Of a stretch of 32,000 nt of DNA, positions 7,820-16,383 are shown piece by piece; position 1 is the first letter of the stretch, and every line of letters starts with the position of its first letter. The translations under genes were made by a program, and so were the position numbers. The notes below the pieces were generated by a model. It ran no database searches. It was not told the origin of the DNA and saw nothing but the letters and a program-made list of their open reading frames with translations. Source of the DNA: Promethearchaeota archaeon (lineage in GTDB: Archaea > Asgardarchaeota > Lokiarchaeia > Sigyniarchaeales > Promethearchaeaceae). The stretch spans positions 1-32,000 of the forward strand of contig JAFGBS010000009.1 in assembly GCA_016933055.1 (NCBI GenBank), read 5' to 3'.

Positions 7820-7836
7820 AAAAAATTGATGAAAAA

Positions 7837-8127
7837 ATGGTACTTGATGAACACCCTCATATGATGGACTGGTGGTTTAATTTATTCGGTCCATATTCAT
7901 GGATTATAATGACATTTGGTTTTGTCGTTTTGCTCTCAATCAGCATCTTAATAGCATATTACGTTCATAAAGATGCAGTTAGAAGGGGAATTGCAAATTC
8001 TGAAGTCTGGTTATTGATTGTTCTAATCTTTAATGTAATTGGATTACTTATTTATTTGCTAGTTAGAGGAAATTACGCTCCAAATTATGAAGAGCAAAAT
8101 ATGACTCGAAATACTCCTTCAAGGTGA
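7837..8127 (+). CDS. Small membrane protein with PLDc_N-like domain and His/Met-rich N-terminus
   Basis: EHPHMMDWW tip, TM helix, then YVHKDAVRRG...WLLIVLIFNVIGLLIYLLVR. Confidence 0.78.
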   Translation: MVLDEHPHMMDWWFNLFGPYSWIIMTFGFVVLLSISILIAYYVHKDAVRRGIANSEVWLLIVLIFNVIGLLIYLLVRGNYAPNYEEQNMTRNTPSR

Positions 8128-8129
8128 TT

Positions 8130-8258
8130 ATGATGTTAGATGGCGGTATGGGACACATGATGGATTGGTTTTTTAATGATTCATTACCTTGGCTCTATAT
8201 TATTAGCGGATGTATGATTTTTATCATAATAATTGCTTTGATAATTTATGTTATATGA
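8130..8258 (+). pseudogene. Truncated paralog of the preceding membrane protein (42 aa)
   Basis: MMLDGGMGHMMDWFFNDSLPWLYIISGCMIFIIIIALIIYVI*. It is preceded by an AGGTGA ribosome-binding site overlapping the upstream stop, shares HMMDWxFN with 7837..8127, and ends exactly where the FEN1 fragment begins. Confidence 0.6.
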
Positions 8259-8664
8259 TCCCCAAGAAATTTACGATACATACAGAATCAATCGGTTTCA
8301 ATTAGTGGATCTTTCTATACTCATCGGGAATGATTATACTCCCGGAATCAAAGGGATTGGTCCGAAGAAAGGTATCGAACTGCTTCACAAACATCGGAAT
8401 CTAGAACAGTTGCCTAATAAGATCCGAGAAAAAATTCCCCTTAATGTATCAGATATTGGGATAATTCGTTCTCTATTTTTAATACCGAATGTTCTAACCA
8501 CAATTCCAGAATTATCATTTACATATCCCAATCGGGGAGGCATTTTGGAACTAATGACAGTAGATCATTCTCTACACCGAGATCGAGTGAGTAAAGGAAT
8601 CAAGCGATTATTAAAAGCCCATTTTTTAATGAAAATTACTCATATTCAAGATAAGAGAAAATAA
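8248..8664 (+). pseudogene. fen1: C-terminal fragment (H3TH and cap) of a FEN1/XPG-family flap endonuclease
   Basis: QLVDLSILIGNDYTPGIKGIGPKKGIELL and RSLFLIPNV...PNRGGILELMTVDHSLHRDRVSKGIKRL match the FEN1 C-half. The N- and I-region catalytic core is absent. Confidence 0.8.
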
Positions 8665-8753
8665 AAACCATAGAATGTAGAATTATGCTGAAAGATAATT
8701 AGGAACTTAATGAGTGGAAGTTCAGATGTACCTATTCGTTCCGAGATGTGGAC

Positions 8754-9854
8754 CTATCTCCAATGTTTCCCTTTTTTTAGTTTTTGCCCCATTAGAAATT
8801 TCTGGAGAGGTCCTTTCTTGTGGTTATAGATGTGCTCATATAATTGATCATAATCTTTCGGAACTGTAGATGGTTTTTCAACGGGTTTTAACGATAATGC
8901 ACCCTGATTACATACGGTAACACAAATGCCACAACCAATACACCGATTTAGATCAATTTTTGCTTTCTTACTTTCTCCATTGATAGTGATTGCATTAACT
9001 TGACAGCTCTTCTCACATAATCCGCATCCAACGCATTTCTCAGTGATTAATTCAGCATAAAAATCATGAGTCCAAAATTCCGCAGGATAAGGTAATTGTT
9101 TTTGTAAGCGTAAAATGCCACAACAACAACCACAACAACTACAAATGAATTCAGGTATTTGTCCACCTGATGGTTGTAGTACTAAACCTTCTTTCTGGTT
9201 AAGTGTTAACGTTTCTATTGCTTCTTGTTGAGTTAATTCTTTTCCAATCCCAGAAAATAATAACTGGCTTGCCATCATTCCCATTGCAAGACATACATAC
9301 TCTCGTGTAGTTTTTTTACAATTTTCTCCTAGTATTTTTTGTCTTTCCCGGCAAACGCATTTTAACAAAGCAAACGGTCCGTTATTTTCATTCACTAATT
9401 TCATTACTTGATTATATGTCGCAATTTTATGCTCTGGAGTGATAGATTCCTCAATAGGGATAGTTCGCATTTGTGATACTTTGGAAGATAGAAATTCTAA
9501 ACCATATGCGGATGTATTGTCATAATCATCATACACTTTTACATATTCAGGAGTAAGTTCGCCACCTTTAAGTTCATATAATCCGATCACAAGTGGAATT
9601 AAAGCATATTGCAGTTCTTCTTGGTCTTTTCTTTGATAGATACAACGTATTCTAGCCATTTCAACTAAAAAGTTTTCCAGTTCCTCTTTAGTATAGAGTT
9701 TTTTCGTTTTCTCATGGATTTGATTAATTGATTGAAATCGAAAACTCAAATGAAGAGCAATTTTCACATGATTCTCTTTGGGGAAATGTAATTGCAATAA
9801 TCGAACATCGGAATCATCCTTTGACTTTGGATATCCTACAGCTTGCTTATTCAA
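8754..9854 (-). CDS. 4Fe-4S dicluster domain protein; natural N-terminus probably extends to 9912 across a 1-nt frameshift
   Basis: CVCR, ICSCCGCCCGIL, CVGCGLCEKSC and CIGCGICVTVC. The upstream in-frame sequence IYRKLQKHL has no in-frame ATG. Confidence 0.85.
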   Translation of the reverse strand: MNKQAVGYPKSKDDSDVRLLQLHFPKENHVKIALHLSFRFQSINQIHEKTKKLYTKEELENFLVEMARIRCIYQRKDQEELQYALIPLVIGLYELKGGELTPEYVKVYDDYDNTSAYGLEFLSSKVSQMRTIPIEESITPEHKIATYNQVMKLVNENNGPFALLKCVCRERQKILGENCKKTTREYVCLAMGMMASQLLFSGIGKELTQQEAIETLTLNQKEGLVLQPSGGQIPEFICSCCGCCCGILRLQKQLPYPAEFWTHDFYAELITEKCVGCGLCEKSCQVNAITINGESKKAKIDLNRCIGCGICVTVCNQGALSLKPVEKPSTVPKDYDQLYEHIYNHKKGPLQKFLMGQKLKKGKHWR

Positions 9855-10173
9855 ATGTTTTTGTAATTTTCGGTAAATACGTGGAACCTTTTCAATGGTT
9901 GAAATAAGACATCCCTTTTTTTCTTGATTTTTAATAAAGTTACTTAATTATGTCAAAGCAAAGGAACTTTATGAGGTTTCTTACTACTGATAAATTTTTA
10001 TATACGGTAAAAATGATTTTACGGAACAAAATCGGTTTTAACGTAATTTAATAGCGCCGTGGGTTAGTTTGAGAATTTATATAACTAAAATTGGAAACTG
10101 TACCATGAGGAAATTTTCATTATTGTTATTTTCAGGTTTAAATACTTCTCTCACTTTCCAACTTTGATAACAA

Positions 10174-10455
10174 ATGACCGAAGTATCTATTGAAGAGAAT
10201 CGACCCAAAATCATAGAATTCATCGAAGCCACGTTTTTCCAATCGTTGAACGTGCTCCCTAATGAATTAGTGAAACTAGAACGAGAAGAGATCACCATGA
10301 AGCAATTCCGTGCATTCATTCTGGAACAGCGAGTATGGTTTGCAGAACGGGTACTTGACTATTGGAATACTACCCATAACAGAGAGACTCAATTGGAAAA
10401 TACATTATTGCATATTGGAAAAGAACTACAGGAAGAAATGAAAGCGAATGACTGA
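10174..10455 (+). CDS. Hypothetical protein (93 aa, helical)
   Basis: ATG ORF with ordinary protein composition, co-directional with hef; no recognisable motif. Confidence 0.55.
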   Translation: MTEVSIEENRPKIIEFIEATFFQSLNVLPNELVKLEREEITMKQFRAFILEQRVWFAERVLDYWNTTHNRETQLENTLLHIGKELQEEMKAND

Positions 10456-10749
10456 ATCCCCCAAGAGGATCGATACTTAAAATGCTTATGTGCGGATCTA
10501 CTTTATAGATATATATGCTGAATTCTAAGAATGAGATTGTCTATGTGGCCAATACTCACAAAGAATCCCGATCATCCATAGGTGCATGGGTAGGGTATAT
10601 TTTAATATTCTATCTATACGAAATGAAAAAGACCAGACTGTGTGAAAATAGTTTGGAAACATTCTTTGACTAATCAAGTAGAGGGATCTTGGAAAATTTA
10701 GCAATTTCATTTTCGGTTTTATAAATAATCATATACTTTCATCCGTAGC

Positions 10750-12969
10750 ATGCACTCTCTAACCTCTCTCCCTATTAATCCATTAGAATCCCCCTATCTC
10801 AAGAAAGAGAAGTTGGAGGTGCGTACATACCAAGTTAAGATTGCCAAAAAATGCATAGGGCAGAACTATTTAGTGTCGATTCTGACGGGTTTGGGGAAAA
10901 CTATCATTGCGATTCTAACTACTGCGGGAATCTTAACCAGATCTTTTCCCAACTCAAAAATCGTGATGGTTGCTCCCACTAGACCCCTAATTCTGCAACA
11001 TGCGAAAATTTTTCAGCAATTCCTCAGCGTAAAAATTAACGAGGAATCGGTCCTCACGGGATCTGTCAAACCCACGAAACGTATTCAAACTTTTCAACAA
11101 CGGCGAATCCTTTTCTATACACCTCAAACTTTACGCAACGATTTGAAAGAACAACGATACAATCTCAAGGATGTGAGTTTATTGATTATCGATGAAGCTC
11201 ATAAAGCGTCGGGAGACTATGCGTATACCGAGATCGCATCCATCTATCACGAAAGCAATCCCGATGGATCGATTTTAGCTTTGACGGCCAGTCCTGGTGC
11301 AGCCAAAGAACAAATCCATACATTGTGCAAAAATCTCTTCATACCCAATAATCACATCGAGTTACGGGATCGAGAAGATGAAGACGTGAAATCCTATGTA
11401 AAACAAATGGCGATAACGAAAATTGGTGTAGATATATCGGATTTTATGAAAGAAATCTTAACGGAATTGAATGAAATTCTCCGAGAACGCATGATCTTCT
11501 TAATGAACTGCGGCTATCTCATCGATTATAATGGGGATCCAATTGAGGACGTCGACCAATTAACTCGTTTTTCCCATCATCTCTCTCTTCAACTTAATAC
11601 TACCTTACTTTCTCGAAGTCAAGAACTCAAGGGTTCCGTTGTTTTACCCGATTCTCAAGATGAGTACCTCTATCAAGCCATATCTGTGAACGCAGAAGTC
11701 TTACGCATCTACCACATGATAAAAACCACCGAATCCCAAGGACTCAATGTACTGTTTGAATATCTCGAACAAATACAGAACAATATTCGAAAATCCACTG
11801 CATCGAAAGCGCTTAAGAATTTAGCATCCGATTCTCGCTTGTACTTACTCTATAAAACCATAAGAGATAAGGCAAACTCTGATTCCAGTGAAGAATTAAT
11901 CCATCCGAAACTGATTCAACTTAAAGATATTCTTACTGAAGAATTGAAGGAGAATCCCCAAGCTCGAATTTTACAGTTCGCGGAATTTCGGGACACCATT
12001 CAAGTAATCTATAATATCTTAAAGAAACTACCGAATCTTTATCCCGTTCGATTCGTGGGGCAAAATACCAAGTCTAAAAAAGATCGGGGTCTATCTCAAA
12101 AAGACCAAGTAGCAATATTGGACCATTTCCGACAAGGTAAATATAACGTATGAGTATCTACCAGTGTTGCCGAAGAAGGATTAGATATTGCGGAATGCGA
12201 TATGGTAATTTTTTATGATGCAGTGCCAACGGAAATACGATTAATTCAACGAAAAGGGAGGACTGCCCGACAGCGAGAGGGTAAGGTCGTTATTTTATAT
12301 AGTAAAGGCACTTCCGATGAGAAAAATTTGAAAAAATCACTCTCCCGACTACAACAGATGCACAATCATCTTAGACCGAAAACTAACGAAAAGAAAAAGG
12401 ATGCAATACAGATCGCTGAAGAGGAATCCCAACAACAAACCATTGAACGCTTTATGGATGCGGTTACACAACCCAAGCAAGATTTTCAAGAATTTCAAGC
12501 ATTTCCACAATTACGACTTGCTTCAACCCCCCATTCTTCAATTATTACTATTTACTCAGACGCAGGAAAAAAATACAAATTAACAGAACTATTCATTCAA
12601 AATTCTATCCCATTCTCTAAGGAAACCCCCACGATTCCATATAATTTTTTAACCCCAATCTTAGCGAATTCAGTAACACTTTTTCTTACCATCCTCTTAC
12701 CTTCGAAACTTCAGCAAGCTCGATTGCGCCAAGATGAATTATACAATGAACTCAACCTTCTTTCATCTAATTTTGAAGTGGTTATTTTAGGAATTGATTT
12801 TCTGAATTATACGGAATTAGTGGCAGGAGGTAAAGAAAACTTAATCCAACCGATTCGGACAATTTCACACGAATTCTCTAACATTGTGCTAATCCCAATA
12901 GATAAGATAAGCGATCTCCACATGGTATTACTTCCCATTCTAATCAATCAACGAAAAGAAGAATCATGA
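10750..12969 (+). pseudogene. hef: Hef/FANCM-family SF2 helicase interrupted by one in-frame TGA (12151-12153); degenerate XPF-like C-terminal domain
   Basis: TGLGKT, APTRPL, IIDEAH, LTASPG and HPKL lie in 10750..12153. The frame continues GKYNV*VSTSVAEEGLDI...IQRKGRTAR to 12969, so ORFs 10750..12153 and 12202..12969 are one frame. Confidence 0.88.
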
Positions 12970-13460
12970 CAGACTATATCGTATTCCAATGCACGAAATG
13001 TAACCAATATACCTATGCAAAAACCACGCAAAAAGGAAAAAAATGTCCGCGTTGTGGTAGGAATCATATTATTAATAAAGTGAACGGTGAATTAGTAAAT
13101 GCTCCAACGAAAGCAATGGAGTTAGTGAAATATAACCAGAATCAAATTAATTCCTCGAAATCATTCAATAGTACAAAGAAGCCGATTCCTATTCGTACTC
13201 CATCCTCTTCTGAACCATTGATTATCCCTATTATTGCACAAGATGCTCAACTCACTAAATTATTACAAAAAGTTATCGAATGGCAACGAAATGAGAACAT
13301 CTCTTTTAAAGAAGGGTTTCCCGAATACATCATTGAGTATATTGTCCAAGAGATCGAACTGGAATCCCGTAGTCGAACGATCTTGATCCGAAAGCTCCAT
13401 CAATTAAAGCAATTTACACGCTTAGAGGGAGGTAATATCTATATTGAAGAAACATATTAA
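12966..13460 (+). CDS. DUF1922-like zinc-ribbon protein with C-terminal helical extension
   Basis: YIVFQCTKCNQYTYAK...KKCPRCG; ATGA overlap with the hef stop. Confidence 0.75.
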   Translation: MTDYIVFQCTKCNQYTYAKTTQKGKKCPRCGRNHIINKVNGELVNAPTKAMELVKYNQNQINSSKSFNSTKKPIPIRTPSSSEPLIIPIIAQDAQLTKLLQKVIEWQRNENISFKEGFPEYIIEYIVQEIELESRSRTILIRKLHQLKQFTRLEGGNIYIEETY

Positions 13461-14010
13461 TCCGGAAGGATTATGGGAACAGCATTATCACTCCAAAATT
13501 ATTCAAATCTATGGGAAAGCGGGATCAGGAAAATCGACCCTAGCGATGCATTTTGTAGGATATATTTTACAACAAGACATAAAAAATAAGGCATTCTGGG
13601 TGGATGCAGAGCGAAAAACCACTTCTAAACGATTGAATGATATCATAGGTAATAATGCACGTTCGATTTTGATTGCTCAACCACGAACCTATGATGAACA
13701 AGAAAAAGTATTCAAAAGCTTATCCACCATGGAATTTCCTATTACTGTGATTGTGATTGACACGATATCTCACCATTTTCGGGAGCTGGAAAAACGAGAT
13801 TCATGGACTTCGTATTCTGACTATCTCCAATTCTTTTATGAAATCCATATCCTCCCTCTACTTATTACTCAAAGATGGATGAATTGTCATCTCATTCTGG
13901 TGCATCAAATAACCTCCCTACCGGAGGAAGAGGATAAACCATATCTCTATAAGGTATTTGAAGAGATCCACTCAGATTGGATTCATCTCGAGAAGGGATT
14001 TGAATCTTAA
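13444..14010 (+). CDS. RadA/RadB-like RecA-family ATPase paralog, possibly C-terminally shortened
   Basis: Walker A GKAGSGKS, WVDAE, Walker B VIVIDTIS, LVHQ. TTG start overlaps the upstream gene. 188 aa. Confidence 0.8.
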   Translation: MKKHINPEGLWEQHYHSKIIQIYGKAGSGKSTLAMHFVGYILQQDIKNKAFWVDAERKTTSKRLNDIIGNNARSILIAQPRTYDEQEKVFKSLSTMEFPITVIVIDTISHHFRELEKRDSWTSYSDYLQFFYEIHILPLLITQRWMNCHLILVHQITSLPEEEDKPYLYKVFEEIHSDWIHLEKGFES

Positions 14011-14040
14011 AATTGACTCACTAATTTTGTATCCTATACC

Positions 14041-14940
14041 TTAGCTCGTACCCAATGAATCTCTGATTAATGAATCCAATTTTTTTTCTATCGATCTAAT
14101 ATTCTCCTGTATTATCTTATAGAAATTAATAATTTTTTCTGTGTCATTCAATTCTTTTATCCACAACCAATAATCCTTTAATTCGGTATTATCTTCATGG
14201 AAATTGATCCATTTATTAATAAAAGCAATAATTTTATCAATTTCTTTTTTTCTAATTTCACCTTCACAATAATTTTCAATTTGCAGTCTTAAGTTTTGTA
14301 TGGCAAATTTCCGATATTGAGAAGGATCCAACTTCCTATAGATGGGATTTTTTTCAAACTTATCTTTTGGAACTATGGTTTCATAGTTTTGAGTAATTGT
14401 AATTCCTCTTTCAATGTATGCTATACCATATATATATTGCCAGATATAAGCAGTAAAACTATCGGGATCGATATTACAAATGATTCCATTTTCATATGCT
14501 TTCTGAATCAACTCTCGAATGATTTTCAAGGGTTTTCCCGGTTCATATGTATCTTCAATGGGACCAATTAGATTTGAGTTCGGTGGTTCAGAAAGAAACA
14601 AGATGTTAAAACCTTCTTCATTTTCACTAGCCCAATTGATGAATTCTTCAGCAATTTCTATGATAAAATCTATAATATTTTTCGTGTTATTTGAAATAAT
14701 TTTTAAGATTAAATTCTCAATAGATTTAAGGTATTTTACACGCATCCCAATAAAGATCTCGCGTTTACTTTGAAAATAATTATAAATATTCTTTGCACTC
14801 ATTCCTGTCTTTCGTGCGATTTCTCGCATAGAAAGCCCATCCATTCCTGACTCTGCATACAATTCAATTGCAGCATCAATGATATCTGATATTTGCTGTT
14901 CTCGCTTATCTATTTTAGAATTTGTAAATGAATCTGGCAT
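14041..14940 (-). CDS. TetR/AcrR-family transcriptional regulator with long C-terminal extension
   Basis: IIDAAIELYAESGMDGLSMREIARKTGMSAKNIYNYFQSKREI. Confidence 0.9.
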   Translation of the reverse strand: MPDSFTNSKIDKREQQISDIIDAAIELYAESGMDGLSMREIARKTGMSAKNIYNYFQSKREIFIGMRVKYLKSIENLILKIISNNTKNIIDFIIEIAEEFINWASENEEGFNILFLSEPPNSNLIGPIEDTYEPGKPLKIIRELIQKAYENGIICNIDPDSFTAYIWQYIYGIAYIERGITITQNYETIVPKDKFEKNPIYRKLDPSQYRKFAIQNLRLQIENYCEGEIRKKEIDKIIAFINKWINFHEDNTELKDYWLWIKELNDTEKIINFYKIIQENIRSIEKKLDSLIRDSLGTS

Positions 14941-15005
14941 TATTGAACTCTTAAAGAAATAACGTATTCTAGATTTTAATTTTTATTCTATTTATAATAG
15001 ATAAA

Positions 15006-15137
15006 TCAACAATGTTGATATTTATATTACACGTCGTTATCATAGATTTTCAAATTCTAATCCACAAGGTTTATATATTAAATGATGTGAATTCAATATT
15101 GTTGAATAGAACTTAGGTATTTATTCAACAATGTTTA
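15006..15137. promoter_or_regulatory. Three copies of the 13-bp palindrome TCAACAWTGTTGA plus a TATA box (TTTATATA, 15070-15077)
   Basis: 15006-15018 TCAACAATGTTGA (perfect), 15093-15105 TCAATATTGTTGA, 15125-15137 TCAACAATGTTTA. They lie between the divergent tetR and C45 genes. Confidence 0.7.
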
Positions 15138-15157
15138 CCAATGGCTGATGAAAAGCA

Positions 15158-16354
15158 ATGCAAAACACTCACAATATGATTTCTCTTGAAGGTACATATT
15201 ATGATGCTGGATTTCAACAAGGAAGGGTAAACAAGGAAAATCTGTGGAAAATGTATAATTTACTTCCACAATTTGGAGATTTTATCTGCCAAAAACCTAA
15301 AGATATACCATTAACCGAATTTATTGAGTCAGTTAAAACAAAAACAACCAAGAAATTAAAAAGTCTTTATCAAAAATTTGCTCCAGATTGCTGGGAATAC
15401 AATTTGGGCATTGTTAATGGAGCAAGTTTACCGATGGATAATCTTCTCTTACTCCAAAATATCGAAATTAGTATACCACAAGTTGATTATATAATTCACG
15501 AAAATGAGGAATTTCCCATATTACGTACTACTGGTTTAGAAGGAGCGTGTACAACTTCATTAACCACTCCAGAATGGTCTGAAACGGGAGGAATTTTAAT
15601 GACTAAAAACTTTGGTTATCCTTTCATCACACTCTTCATTCATTATGGAAAGCGATTACGTCTTAAGGGAAGAAATCAAGTATTAAGTTTTTCATTATCC
15701 CCTCTTGTGGGAGCACCTCATGGAATGAATGAAGCAGGTTTGACAATTTCTTACAATTATGCTTATCCACAAGATGGACCAATTGAAGGATTGCCCATTT
15801 CCACCCTTGTTCAAGAAGCATTATTAAATTTCACTACCGTCAAAGAGACAGTGGATTATTTTAAAAAAATGCCACGAGGGAATGGTGCTATGGTGACCAT
15901 AGGGGATGCTGATGGAAACAGTATATGTTTAGAACTCTGCTTCAAAACAGTTGGAATTAGAACTGCTGAAAAAGGACGTCTCATCGTGACAAATGATCTA
16001 TTAAGTCCTGAAGGGCAATCAGTTGATAAACCTCCTAATGCTCGTTTTTCTGATTCCGCTCATCCTGGTTTGCGTGGAAAACTCATGAATGAATCCTCCA
16101 AATTCCGATATGATAGAATGGATTATCTCTTTTATCGGATAATGAGTAAAGGGAAAATTACAATTAAAGACCTACATCAGATTATGACAGATCACGGTCC
16201 TACGGGATACGGATCAGATAATACTATTTGCCGTCATGGACCTGCTGCGAACACAACAACAGCCATCATATTCGATATTAAAAATCTATGTTTGTATGGG
16301 ACAATCGGTAGTCCATGCAAACACAATCTTAAGCAATACACTTTTCTAAAATAA
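15158..16354 (+). CDS. C45-family Ntn hydrolase (acyl-CoA:6-APA acyltransferase-like, autoproteolytic Cys)
   Basis: EGA/CTT cleavage-site pattern, HGMNEAGLTISYN, VTND, SKFRYDR, TTTAIIFD. Confidence 0.82.
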   Translation: MQNTHNMISLEGTYYDAGFQQGRVNKENLWKMYNLLPQFGDFICQKPKDIPLTEFIESVKTKTTKKLKSLYQKFAPDCWEYNLGIVNGASLPMDNLLLLQNIEISIPQVDYIIHENEEFPILRTTGLEGACTTSLTTPEWSETGGILMTKNFGYPFITLFIHYGKRLRLKGRNQVLSFSLSPLVGAPHGMNEAGLTISYNYAYPQDGPIEGLPISTLVQEALLNFTTVKETVDYFKKMPRGNGAMVTIGDADGNSICLELCFKTVGIRTAEKGRLIVTNDLLSPEGQSVDKPPNARFSDSAHPGLRGKLMNESSKFRYDRMDYLFYRIMSKGKITIKDLHQIMTDHGPTGYGSDNTICRHGPAANTTTAIIFDIKNLCLYGTIGSPCKHNLKQYTFLK

Positions 16355-16383
16355 ATTACAATTAAACATAAAAAGGGATTAAT

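Noticed and set aside
10515-10710. 52-aa plus-strand ORF 10515..10673 (MLNSKNEIVYVANTHK...) and track ORF 10525..10710 (minus)
   Set aside because: No motif, no RBS, and they overlap each other; neither can be supported.
14011-14058. In-frame continuation of the RadA paralog past its stop (*N*LTNFVSYTLARTQ*)
   Set aside because: Resemblance to a RadB C-terminus is too weak, it needs two readthroughs, and it overlaps the tetR end.
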